Source: Octopus vulgaris (taxonomy: Eukaryota). Taken from it: 64,000 nucleotides of DNA. Where the stretch lies: the NCBI GenBank assembly GCA_951406725.2, contig OX597818.1, positions 94,178,001 to 94,242,000 of the forward strand, given 5' to 3'. The position numbers were made by a program, and so were the translations under genes. Under the pieces are notes generated by a model. The model was not told where the DNA came from. It worked only from the letters and a program-made list of their open reading frames with translations, and did no database searches. Positions 1-13,140 of this stretch are shown one piece after another; position 1 is the first letter of the stretch, and every line of letters begins with the position of its first letter.

Positions 1-77
1 ACACACACACACATACATATATCTGTATTTAAGTATTCCACCAACATTCAAATGCACACATAAATTCAAACATGTTG

Positions 78-322
78 TGTAGATCTTAACTAGAATAGTT
101 TGACATATATTGTAGATATTTACTGGATAGAGAGAGACACAATATGTAAATGTTGACTGGATAGATAGGTGAAGTACTATGTAGATGTTAATTGGACAGA
201 TAGATACAACACATAGATGTTGATTGGATAGACAGACAGGGTGGGCAGATGTTGACTGGATAGACACAGAAAAGATGAACAGGTAGGTATAGTGTGTAGA
301 TGTTGACTAAATAGATAGACTC
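78..322. repeat. Degenerate ~34-bp minisatellite (core tgtagatgttgactggatagatagac)
   Basis: About 7 diverged copies, starting near 78, 111, 145, 180, 213, 246 and 295. Confidence 0.7.
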
Positions 323-739
323 AGCACATAGGTATTACCTATCTAGTGTCAGACTGTGAAAATATTGCCTCAGTATAAAGACTTTGTATATAAAGTGAAG
401 ATAGATGCAGTATGTAGATGTCGCATCTATTGACACAGAATATCAATGTCACTTCATACAATATTTTCCAAATATGCAGAGAAGCCTGTTTTCTCACTCT
501 GCTATGACGTAAAACCAGAAAATTCATTTTTCTTTTCTTTTTTTCTTTTTTTTTCTTTTAGTTGGCTGGGAAACAGTCTCAAACTACATAGATACACTGC
601 AGCCATACATACACACACACACATAGATACATATAGACACACATTTGCATGAATACAAATATGCACACACTCACACATACCTCTACAGGTATCCTAGCAC
701 ATAGATGTGTGTGTATACATGTGTGTATTTGTCTATCTA

Positions 740-776
740 TCTATCTATCAATCTATCTATCTATCTATTGTGTACG

Positions 777-823
<47 letters not shown>

Positions 824-882
824 CGGGAAGCTTTATGAAAATAGACATATACATATATACATACATATATACATGCATATGT

Positions 883-922
<40 letters not shown>

Positions 923-930
923 GCATATGT

Positions 931-967
<37 letters not shown>

Positions 968-1085
968 CTCACACATACATACATATATATGCATATATAT
1001 ATATACACAAACATACACACATACATATATATATATATAAAAATATGTGTATATATATGTATGTATGTATGTTTGTAAATCTGTT

Positions 1086-1180
<95 letters not shown>

Positions 1181-1788
1181 TAAGTCTGTTTATGTATAAA
1201 CGTGTAAATATGTAATCATACTGGGGGTGGAGGCATGTGTGTTAAGTTCCAAGCCCCAGAAGTCCCATTTTTGAAAACAATATCTTTTAAAATTCTTCCA
1301 CTACTGCTGAGCAATATCATTTTACCTAATTAACAGAGCCAATATTAATGTGATACAGTGATTGCTGCATACGTTATCCAGGTGAATATTCTATGGACTG
1401 CTTTAACTGCTATCACTAACAATGTGTGTTCTTCCTGCTTAATGATACATTGCAATATTGCAATAGGAATGAACATGGTTAGGAAGCATTTTATTTATGT
1501 TGAATATTTATAGGCTGACACTTTCATACACACGTATATATATAATATATACAAATATACAATATTATATATATGCATATATTTTCATGCATATATATGT
1601 GTGTGTGTGTATACATATATATATATATATATGTATGTATGTATGTATGTAGATATACGTATATATATATATATATGCGTATATATATATATATGTGTGT
1701 GTGTGTGTCTCTATATATATGTATATGTATAAAGCAGATAAACATACACATATATGTATGTATACATACATATATATGTATATATGTA

Positions 1789-1821
<33 letters not shown>

Positions 1822-1830
1822 ATGTATATA
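740..1830. repeat. Compound (TA)n/(TG)n/(TATG)n microsatellite blocks
   Basis: Direct reading: blocks at ~740-1180 and ~1525-1830; source of the YIYI/CVCV ORFs. Confidence 0.9.
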
Positions 1831-2277
1831 TTTACCTGCTTTGAGTTTTACCATTCTAAAGCAGAAATATTTTACAGTCTCTATGACGTTTCTAAATTCT
1901 TATGACATTAACAATATCATCATCATCATTTAACATCCAATGTTCCACCTTTCTATGATTGCATGGTCAGATGGAGTGTATTTGATGCAAATTTTCCATG
2001 AATGGATGCTCTTCCTATCACCAACACTCGCCTCTCCCCAGCTAGGTAATATATGTATATAAAATAATTTGTGGAAATGTTAGCACACCAGGCAAAATGC
2101 TTAGAGTTATTTTGTCTGTCTTTCCGTTCTGAGTTAAAATTCTGCTGAGGTTATCTTTGCCTTTCATCCTTTTGATGTTGATAAATTAAGTACCAGTTGC
2201 GTATCAGGGTCGATCTAATTGACTGGCCCCCTCCCTATATATTTTGTGCCTTGTGCCTAGAGTAGAAAAGAATATGA

Positions 2278-3266
2278 TTGTTGGTCACACCCAGTCAGAA
2301 AGTTACCTTTTTCATGTCTATTTTCCTATAAGCAATATAGGTGACTCATGAGACTTGTTGGCTGGATGCACATAACATCTTTACTAATGCAGGTAAGAAT
2401 ATAATCTTAGTCAGCAAGGTTATGAAAAATCAACAACTCTGAAACAAAATTCTTCAAAGCGAAAATCCCTCCTGAGTGAGATGGAGTTGTCGCCTTTTGA
2501 ACAATTCCAGTTGTGTCTAGAAAGGGTCAGTTTATGTACGATTTCTTTTCTATAGTCAGGGAAGACCATGTCTCCATCATGAATTTTCTCTCATGAGTGT
2601 ACTGACCAAATGTTTCACTTCTAGAACTTAAGAAGACCTCCAGATAAAGCAAATTTTTTAGGATTCTTGCTCTTTTAACAAAGCAAAGTTTTCATTGTCT
2701 GGGCCCATTGAGGTATGGTTCAGGCTGCTTCAGGAGCTTTCATTTAATTCCTCCTCTTTAAAATGCTGAATGTAGTTGGCCAAAGTTGTAGTATTCTGTC
2801 ACTCTGGGATCCTAAAAGAGGATCTGTGATTATTTAGTTGCAGCTTAAAGGCATTCTCCAGTGCTTCAACATATTTCTGTGTATGTGTCAATATATAGCT
2901 GGTGCTGTTGTTGTTATTCTTGCTGCTGCTATCTCTGCCATTGCTGCTGCTATTGCCAGACATGCTGCTGTTGTTGCTGTTGCTGATACTGTCATTGCAA
3001 TTGCTGCTGTTACTGCTGGATGCATTAATGGTGCAGCAGGTATTGTTCCTGCTGCTATCGTTGCCATTTCTGCTATTACTGATAGACACCACCTTTGTCT
3101 CATAGACCACAGCCTTCAGTTGCATTGACCACTTTCAGGGCCTACACTGTTAACCCTACATGAGCATTCTGCCTCCAGTCAGCAGATGTGATGAGTCACC
3201 TATATTAGTAAGAACAATGATAGCTATGAAACCAATGGTAACTTTCTGTCTGGCTATAACCAACAA
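2278..3266 (-). mobile_element. Decayed Penelope-like element: GIY-YIG endonuclease relic between inverted terminal repeats
   Basis: Minus strand reads CSCR...GQC..AVVYETKV-(S/N-rich)-KYVEALENAFKLQLNNHRSSFR..TTTLANYI, matching the PLE pattern C-x-C..VVY..YIG..FKxRxxNHxSSF..T.L..YIW. Imperfect inverted repeats at 2278-2349 and 3191-3266 share aatataggtgactcat and cagaaagttacc. Confidence 0.7.
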
Positions 3267-3420
3267 CTACAGAAAATATTACTGTTCACAAAGTCTTTAA
3301 GAGTGTGCTTTTTAGGGACTTATGGATTTATGACTCACTTGTATATATGTGTGTGTGTGTGTGTGTGTATACATATATATATATATTACATATATATACA
3401 TATACATATATACATATTAC

Positions 3421-3481
<61 letters not shown>

Positions 3482-3506
3482 TATATACATATATATATAT
3501 ATATAA

Positions 3507-3544
<38 letters not shown>

Positions 3545-4828
3545 GTCATTCCATAAGTTCTGTCCAATTTTACCTTTTTTAAAATTGAATGAAATTTATT
3601 AGTATTTTAGAATGTCTAATGGAATTAAACATTTTTTTTGCATTTGTGTACATTTAAACTAATTAAATATTATTTTACAGAATGATAAAATTAAAATTTC
3701 TTTGATTAAAACCCTTTCTAACATGGAAGTATCCAAAGAGCATTAGAGGCACATAATGCTTTATGAGTACAAAAAAGGAAACTCTGCAGCTGAAGTGACT
3801 CGAAACATACACTCAGTTTATGGGAAAGAATGCTTGAATGAAAGAGCTTGCAAAAGAAGGTTTGCAAAATTCAGAAGTGGAGATTTCAGCCTTGAAGATG
3901 AACATCGGACAGGACGTCCAGTTGAGGTTGATGATAAGCTCCTTTAAAAATTTTTTGAAGAAAATCCTGCATTATCAGTTGAAGAACTGGCAATAAAGCT
4001 TAGTTCAAACCATACAACTGTTCATCGTCATCTTCAAAAACTTGGAAAGGTTCCTAAACTTGGAAAATGGGTGCCTCATGAATTGTCTGAAAGCAACCGC
4101 AAATCCCAAGTTGACATTTGCTCTTCTCTCCATTCTCACGAACTCATTTCACCCTTTTTAGATAGATTTGTGACTGGTGAGGAAAAATAGATCTTCTATT
4201 GAAATGTTAAATGTCGTAAACAGTGGGTTGGTAAAAGGGAAAAAGCTCAACCACAACCGAGAAGGGAACTTCATGGGAAAAAGGTTCTTCTCTCTATCTG
4301 GTAGGATTGCAAAGGAGTAATTCACTTTGAATTGTTACCATCTAATGCAACAATCAATGCTCAAGTCTACTGTCAGCAATTAGAGCATTTGAACCAAGCT
4401 TTGAAGAAAAAAAGACCCGCTTTAGTGAATCAAAAAGGAGTGATGTTTCATCAGGACAATGTGCCACCCCACACAGCAAAGATCACATCACAGAAGATCA
4501 AAGAGCTTGGTTGGGAAAAAATTCCTCATCCACCTTATTCTCCCATCCTTGCTCCTTCAGATTACCATTTGTTTTGTAGTTTACAGAATCATTTGGGGGA
4601 CATAACTTTCGCAAGCCAGGAGGAGGTTGAAACTGACATTTCAGAGTTCTTCACTTTGAAACCAAAAGAGTTTTACATTGATGGGATTAAAAAGCTTGTA
4701 AATAGATGGAAGGAAGTCATAGATAATCAGGGAAAGTACATTGATGATTAAATTTCATTTAAATATAGCATTTGATCACTTGTTTTCTTTATTCAAAATT
4801 TGGACAGAACTTGTGGGATGACCTGATA
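3545..4828 (+). mobile_element. Full-length decayed mariner (DD34D) element
   Basis: TIRs gtcattccataagttctgtccaattt (3545) and aaatttggacagaacttgtgggatgac-ctgata (to 4828); inserted in a (TA)n tract. Confidence 0.95.
3723..4751 (+). pseudogene. Mariner transposase pseudogene
   Basis: MEVSKEH*RHIMLYEY..., WVPHEL at 4068, HQDN and YSPILAPSDYHLF (DD34D signature); several in-frame stops. Confidence 0.95.
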
Positions 4829-4973
4829 CATATCTATGTATCTATATATATGTATGAATGTATATATACACATATTATATATATATATGCATATATATAT
4901 ATATATATATATACATATATATACATGCATATATATATATATACATATATACGCACATAAACATATATATATA

Positions 4974-5360
4974 GGCACAGGAGTGGCTGTGTGGTAAGAA
5001 GCTTCTTCCTACCCACATGATTCCAGGTTCAGTCCCACTGCATGGCACCTTGGACAAGTGTCTTCTACTATAGCCTCAGGCTGACCAAAGTCTTCTGGTA
5101 GATGGAAACTGAAAGAAGCCCATCGTATATACATATATGTATATATTTGTGTGTGTGTCTGTGTTTGTCCCTCCACCATCGCAAGACAACTGATGTTGCT
5201 TTGTTTATATCCCTGTAACTTAGCAGTTCGGCAAAAGAGACTGATAGACTAAGTGCTAGGCTTCCAAAGAATAAGTCTTAGGGTCGATTTGTTGGACTAA
5301 AGGTGGTGCTCCAGCATGGCCACAGTCAAATGACTGAAACAAGTAAAAGAATAAAAGAAT
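4974..5360 (+). mobile_element. tRNA-derived SINE, family A (CORE-like ggcaccttgggcaagtg segment, internal TA/TG linker)
   Basis: A/B-box-like head (gtggctgtgtggtaag...ggttcagtccc); the same ~390-bp consensus recurs many times in the window. Confidence 0.85.
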
Positions 5361-6023
5361 ATATATATGTATGTATATATGTATATAATATATGTATTTA
5401 TATATGTACGTACTAGTGAGATTACCAAGTAACTTGTAAGATAAGAAAGACAAGAGAAAAGAAAAAAGCTCTCTTGACTGAGTGGGAAAGTATTTAAAGA
5501 TGCATAGATGGCTGTGAGTCTGGTGTTGAGAGGCTAAAGTATGATAGATGAACAGGTACAGATATCTTGCTATAGTGGAGCTTTGTGCTTTTGTACTTAT
5601 CACACTCTCTCTATTGTTCTCTCTCTCTCTCTTATGTATGTGTGTGTGTGTGTGTGTGTATGTAAATATATATATGGTTCAAAATTATACAAAAAAAAAA
5701 ACGCCAAAAGACAGAGCTAAGTGAAGGAACAACAGACTAGATGTATTAGTTTGTTTCTCAGGAAAGATAGCAAAGTTTTTGATGTTTCAAGCCTACACTC
5801 TTCAACAGGAAGGATTAATGAGAGAAAACAAATGAAGAAAGGAAATATGTAAATGTGTAGATGTATATCATAGTATTGTGGTATATCATGGTATATGTAT
5901 ATCACGGTATATGTATATCACAGTATATGTATATCATGGTATTGACCACACTATCAGATGTTGTTATATCACTGGTAATAATATGTTTTGCATTGTTTTA
6001 GCCTTTGAATAACACCACCCTAC

Positions 6024-6148
6024 TAGTCTATCAGTCTCTTTTGCTGAACTGCTAAGTTACGGGGATATAAACAAAGCAACATCAGTTGACTAGCGATGGT
6101 GGAGGGACAAACACAGACACACACACAAATATATACATATATGTATAT
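6024..6148 (-). repeat. Inverted copy of 5126-5251 (SINE A internal piece) flanked by a 25-bp direct repeat
   Basis: Shares private variants and the identical microsatellite linker with the 4974 copy; attgttttagcctttgaataacacc at 5992-6016 and 6149-6173. Confidence 0.8.
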
Positions 6149-6677
6149 ATTGTTTTAGCCTTTGAATAACACCCAAGTGGCCAACATTCTTCTTGATTAG
6201 AAGACTATTGAAGGGTTAACAATTCACAGCTGACTGGAACAATGTGAAATGATGTGTTTTGCTCAAGAACACAATGTACCACCTGATCTGAGAATCGAAC
6301 TTATGATCTAGCAATCAAGTGTGCAACACCCTAACCACCTAGCCATGCATCTTCACATGTGCATGCACGCACACACACACACACAAACATACATGTGTGT
6401 GTGTGTGTATGTGTATGTATTATATATATATACACATATATATATATGTATGTATACATACATATATTTTATATGAATATATGTATGTATATATCTATAT
6501 ATGTTATCATCATCATCATCATCATCATCATCGTTTAATATCCATCTTCCATGAATCCATGGATAACACGGTACACAGGAGTTGGCCAGGTAGAAACTTG
6601 CCCTCTGCTACTGTGTCTGTTTTGGCAGAGTTTTACAGCTGGAATCCTTCCTAACATCAACCACTCTGCAGAGTGGA

Positions 6678-6715
<38 letters not shown>

Positions 6716-7444
6716 CATATATGTGTGTGTATATGTACCTTCTAATATATATATATATATATATAGTACCCTATATATAATATAAATAAGTATTTTCAAA
6801 GTTGAAAAAAATTTACAGATTTTTTCTCTTACAAGGTTTTTCACGCTAACTACTTGATAATTTCTTATAAAGATTTTATCCTTATTTTTAAATTTGTATT
6901 TTTCACCGGAATAGTTCAATACTGAATTTTTGTTCTGAGTAGGCAAGTTGTTACCGAAATGCATTGCGAAAAAGCCCGCCATTTTCATAGATATGTAAAG
7001 ATAAACATTCGTACATGCTGCGGCAAATTCTACGGTTGGTTGTCGGGTATGTAATGTTGTGTTTTTTCTTACATGTCTTGAGTTTTACTCTTTATATATA
7101 TATAAATATATATACAAGATAAGAAAATGGAGAAATACATCTAAATCAAATATCAATTACCAGATAATACTCAATCACATACTTTATTAAACCACCACAT
7201 AAGAGACTGTAGGGTTAGATATAAAAAGCAGAACAAATCAGTGTACATAAAGGAATGTACTTAAAAAAGTGTACATAAAAAAGTAATGTTGTATAATAAG
7301 TAGAATATATATAAAAGAGAATATAAATATAAGTAAATATAAATATAAGTATAGATTACATCTTACAGCTGTTTCGGCCATGTAGATAAGTATGTCTCAT
7401 TTTACCAATATTAGCCCTTTGCATTTACAACCCCTATCTCAATT

Positions 7445-7516
<72 letters not shown>

Positions 7517-7517
<1 letters not shown>

Positions 7518-7875
7518 TCTTTTACTTGTTTCAGTCATTTGACTGCAGTCATGCTGGAGCATCGCCTTTAGTCGAGCAAATCAACCCCAGGACTTATTCT
7601 TATGTAAGCCCAGTACTTATTCTATCGGTCTCTTTTGCCGAACCGCTAAGTGACGGGGACATAAACACACCAGCATCGGTTGTCACGCAATGCTAGGGGG
7701 ACAAACACAGACACACAAACACACACACATACATATATACGACAGGCTTCTTTCAGTTTCCGTCTACCAAATCCACTCACAAGGCATTGGTCGGCCTGGG
7801 GCTATAGTAGAAGACACTTGCCCAAGATGCCACGGAGTGGGACTAAACCTGGAACCATGTGGTTGGTTAGCAAGC

Positions 7876-7911
<36 letters not shown>

Positions 7912-8037
7912 TCTTTTACTCTTTTACTTGTTTCAGTCATTTGACTGCAGTCATTCTGGAGCACCGCCTTTAGTCGAGCAAATCAACCCCAGGACTTATT
8001 CTTATGTAAGCCCAGTACTTATTCTATCGGTCTCTTT
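7517..8037 (-). mobile_element. SINE family A copy plus partial tandem copy
   Basis: Reverse complement of the family A consensus at 7517-7880 and 7911-8037. Confidence 0.85.
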
Positions 8038-8088
8038 ATATATATATATAAATATATGTAAATATATGTATGTATGTGTATATATATA

Positions 8089-9716
8089 CAGTTGCGGCCA
8101 AAATGTTCAGAACGGCATTGTTTTTGTCAGAAAAGTAGATATAAGTGTTTATCAAAGTTGTTTTATTTTCTATAATTTTCACAGACAATACATACGATAT
8201 TAATTATTATTGTCTGAGATTTTGGTGCAATTTAAGAGGATAATACAGAAGTTATGGATGATTTAGTGATTTACTGCAAAACCAATGCCGGCCAAAATGA
8301 TCAGAACGGTTGAAAAAATAAAAAAATAATCAAAAATAACAGAGAATACTGGAATTATTTAATATTTAGTGTGAAGCCCTTTAGCTTCAATCACACCTTG
8401 ACATCTTCGACTGCATCAGGAAAATAAATTTTCAATTTCTTGCTGGGTGATCTTATTCCATTCTTCCTGAAGGGCATTCCATAATTGCTCAGTTGTTTTA
8501 GGATTTCTGGCTTTCGAACGTTCTCCTAGAATATTCCACACATTTTCAATAGGATTAAGATTTGGGATTTGAGCAGGCCAATCCATAACAATAACCTTTT
8601 CAGCCTTGAGAAAGTTCATGATCACCTTAGCCTTGTGACATGGGGCATTGTCCTGCATGAATATGGGTGATCGCTTAGTTGAATTTCTCAGCACAGGCAA
8701 GACATGATCTTTTACAAGTTGTTTATCAACTCCTGCATTTACCTTTCCATCTAATCGCACCAAAGGGCCCACACCATCTCCAGATATCATCCCACAAACC
8801 ATGACACTTCCTTCACCGAATTTAAAACTAGTCTTAAGGCATTTAGGTGACAATTTTTCCCCTACTTTTCTACGAACGTGCCTTTTCCCATCTGAGCCAA
8901 ATAACATAAACTTAGATTCATCACTGAAATGCACCGTTTGCCATTTTTCTTGAGACCACAACACATGTTCGGTTGCAAAGATAAGACGACACTTTTTATT
9001 CTTGGAGCTGATCAGTGGCTTCACTGCAGGTACTCTTGCTTGTAGGTCATGTTCAACTAAACGATGAGACAGTTTTTTGAGATAAAGTTTTCTTCAGTAC
9101 AATGCTCATTTCCCAAGAAACAGCAGCAGCAGTTTTAAATCTGTCCTTTTTAACCAACTTTACCATAGCACGATCTTCTCTCTTGGTCGTTTTTCTTGGC
9201 CTACCTGTAGACTTTCTTGCTCCACATGAACTACAATCATCGTAGACCTTAAGAATACTGTGAACAACACTTTTTCACTTGTTAACAATCTTTGCAATAG
9301 ACCCAATACTTAAATTATCCTTCTTTTGAAGCTTAATAATCTGCTGACGAATTGGTAACGGAGTAAGTGGCATTATATTAACAAAGTACACTGCAGATAC
9401 TCTTACTAATGTTTAGTAAACGAACTGTCAGGTAAACAAATTCAAAACATTAGAGTTCACCGGTTAAATATACTAAAACACAGAGTAAAAAGCAACCGTT
9501 CTGATCATTTTGGCCGCCATGGGTATTGCAGTAAATCACTAAATCATCCATAACTTTTGTATTATTCTCTCAAATTACACCAAAATCCCAGACAATAACA
9601 ATTAAAATTGTATTTATTGTCTGTGAAAATTATAGAAAATAAAACCACTTTGATAAAAACTTATACATACTTTTCTGGCGAAAACAATGCCGTTCTGAAC
9701 ATTTTGGCCGCAACTG
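8089..9716 (-). mobile_element. Full-length Tc1-type DNA transposon with ~220-bp IR/DR terminal inverted repeats and TA TSD
   Basis: TA|cagttgcggccaaaatgttcagaacgg ... ccgttctgaacattttggccgcaactg|TA; inner direct repeats at 8290-8309 and 9496-9515. Confidence 0.95.
8359..9373 (-). pseudogene. Tc1-family DD34E transposase pseudogene
   Basis: MPLTPLPIRQQII..., GRPRKT linker, FSDES, FMQDNAPCH, PNLNPIENVW, C-terminal GLHTKY*; stops and frameshifts present. Confidence 0.95.
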
Positions 9717-9718
9717 TA

Positions 9719-10033
9719 TGTAGTTGTGTGAGTGTCTGTCTCCTACGATTTAGATTCCTATGTAAGCCCAGTACTTATTCTATCGGTCTCTTTTGCCGAA
9801 CCGCTAAGTGACGGGGACATAAACACACCAGCATCGGTTGTCACGCAATGCTAGGGGGACAAACACAGACACACAAACACACACACATACATATATACGA
9901 CAGGCTTCTTTCAGTTTCCGTCTACCAAATCCACTCACAAGGCATTGGTCGGCCTGGGGCTATAGTAGAAGACACTTGCCCAAGATGCCACGGAGTGGGA
10001 CTAAACCTGGAACCATGTGGTTGGTTAGCAAGC

Positions 10034-10071
<38 letters not shown>

Positions 10072-10739
10072 TCTTTTACTCTTTTACTTGTTTCAGTCAT
10101 TTGACTGCAGTCATTCTGGAGCACCGCCTTTAGTCGAGCAAATCAACCCCAGGACTTATTCTTATGTAAGCCCAGTACTTATTCTATCGGTCTCTTTATA
10201 TATATATATAAATATATGTAAATATATGTATGTATGTGTATATATATACAGTTGCGGCCAAAATGTTCAGAACGGCATTGTTTTTGTCAGAAAAGTAGAT
10301 ATAAGTTTAACCAAATTCGGGTATCTTATAGTCGTGATTCATATCGAGCCCGTCTGGCTATTAGCACGTGTCTACGATGAGTCTACGATTTTAAAAATAA
10401 TTTAACATCATTTTTTATTCCATTTTAATGCATAATTTTTTGTGTGTCGATGGCGGTGGAGTTGGCGTCCATGCTCAAACACCTGCACCTGTGTTTGCTT
10501 CTCTCCCTTCTTCCCTCCCTCGTGAAGCTGTGGGGAAGGGAGTTTAAGGAAATCAACGTCGTAATGCGTTGTCAAGGAGACCAGCGTTCTTTTAGAACAA
10601 TGACTTCATGGCTTGAAGACACCAAAACAAAAATGGCTAAGAAAGCCCGAATTGGCATCTATAAAGGAAGTAACTCTCTAAAAATGCTTATATAGTTATT
10701 TCCCTTACAAACCCGAGCAACGCCGTGCGATACTGCTAG
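9719..10739 (+). mobile_element. Non-autonomous Helitron (same family as 57415-58429), interrupted by a 548-bp local duplication
   Basis: 9719-9760 and 10307-10739 align to the 57.4-kb copy; 3' hairpin cccgagcaacgccgtg followed by CTAG|T. Confidence 0.85.
9759..10306 (+). repeat. Near-identical direct duplicate of 7601-8146
   Basis: Identical by eye apart from one extra TA unit; includes the first 58 bp of the Tc1 left TIR. Confidence 0.95.
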
Positions 10740-10776
<37 letters not shown>

Positions 10777-11240
10777 ATAGAGAGAGCAAAATCCTTTGGG
10801 TGGGAGGTGACACCATTTTTCATGTGCATATATGAAAATTTTCATGCTGCTAGGTCATGTCAGTTCCCAGCATTTATACCTAGAGTACAGACGTGTAGTA
10901 TGCACTTGTCAGATTTTCATTTTCACAGATGACCAGATCATCTGGTTACTATACTATGATAAACTATACCTTCACCTTTTACACAACAAATGTTTTTTTG
11001 TTGCTTCCACAGAGTTAAAGTATAAGTTTCTCGAATTAGACTACAGTGCATGTTTATCTGTGCAGCTTTCATATCACATATGAAGTGAAGTGAAGCAATG
11101 CACAATATGTCAGTGCACCAATCTAATGATACTACCAACCTCAGGTACTATCAGTTGAACAGCTTTGGTCATGTGATACACATGTAGCAAACTATTATGT
11201 ATGCAAATATTGCAAAACTTTTGATTCCCCTTATATATAT

Positions 11241-11748
<508 letters not shown>

Positions 11749-11752
11749 ATGA

Positions 11753-11811
<59 letters not shown>

Positions 11812-12257
11812 CACATATATTGTTGTGTCTGGGGAAAGTTATTCTGTTTTAATGCTTTATTAATTAACACACTCACTGGTTCAATTTCCACTCATTTATT
11901 ATTTTTCTTTCCTAAAATTTTCATTGCTTCTTGCAACCTCTTCAATAGTTGTTGACTCTGACTGTTATCAGAGCTGGGTTCTTTTTGTTTGTTTGTGTGT
12001 ATGTGTGTGCATCAGTGTGCATGTGTATACACATGTATGTATGTATGTGTGTACACTCTGTGGAGTGGTTGATGTTAAGAAGGGCAACCAGCTGCAGAAA
12101 CTGAGTCAAAACAGACTCGAGCCTGGTGCGGCTCTCTGGCTTTACCAGTTGCAGTCAAATTATCTAATCCATGCCAGCATGGAAAACAGATGCTAAATGA
12201 TGATGATGATGATAACCATCATCATCATGTACATGGTCGTATAAAAAGAATCAAGTA

Positions 12258-12663
12258 TAGGCACAGGAGTGGCTGTGTGGTAAGTAGCTTGCTTACCAAT
12301 GACATGGTTCTGGCTTCAGTCGCACTGCGTGGCACCTAGGGCAAGTGTCTTCTATTATAAGCCATGGGCCGACCAAAGCCTTGTGAGTGAATGTGGTTGA
12401 CGGAAACTGAAAGAAGCCTGTCACATATATGTATATGTATATATATGTGTGTATGTGTGTTTGTGTGTCTGTGTTTGTCCCCCTAGCATCGCTTGACAAC
12501 CAATGCTGGTGTGTTTATGTCCCTGTAACTTAGAGGTTCAGCAAAAGAGGCTGATAGAATAAGTACTAAGCTTACAAAGAATAAGTCCTGGGGTTGATTT
12601 GCTCGACTAAAGGCAGTGCTCCAGCATGGCCGCAGTCAAATGACTGAAACAAGTAAAAGAGTA
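12258..12663 (+). mobile_element. SINE family A
   Basis: Full-length consensus match. Confidence 0.85.
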
Positions 12664-12834
12664 AATCAAAGACTTACATATTGATTCTTAATATGTTCCA
12701 GCAGATCCAAACACGAATCAAGTGTGTTGTGAACAAACATTCATCTAAAAGAAGTTGTTTTCCAGTGATGAAACAATAATGATTAGCATTTTCATGTTGA
12801 AATTTGCTGAAACATTAAGAATGAATTTGTAAGT

Positions 12835-13140
12835 CATCATCATCATCATCATCGTTTAACGTCCGCTTTCCATGCTAGCATGGGTTGGACGAATTGACTG
12901 AGGGCTAGCAAACCAGATGGCTGCACCAGGCTCCAATCTTGATCTGGCAGAGTTTCTACAACTGGATGCCCTTCCTAATGCCAACCACTCTGAGAGTGTG
13001 GTGGGTGCTTTTTACATGCCACTGGCATGGGGGCCAGTCAGGCGGTACTGGTAACAACCTCACTTGAATCCTTTTTACATGTGCCACTGGCACAGGTGCC
13101 AGTAAGGCGATGCTGGTAACGATCACGTTCGAATGGTGCC
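12835..13140 (-). mobile_element. RTE-type 3'-tail repeat (LINE 3' UTR or RTE-dependent SINE) with (GAT)n tail
   Basis: (cat)n-cgtttaacgtccgctttccatgc...ggatgcccttcctaatgccaacc; the same tail is attached to RTE coding sequence at 47.1-47.8 kb. Other copies near 1915, 6505, 12055, 14190, 25020, 34805, 42947, 56125, 59350. Confidence 0.75.

Noticed and set aside
649-1905. Long ORFs rich in YI/CV/HT here and throughout the window
   Set aside because: Translations of dinucleotide and tetranucleotide microsatellites that lack stop codons; no coding evidence.
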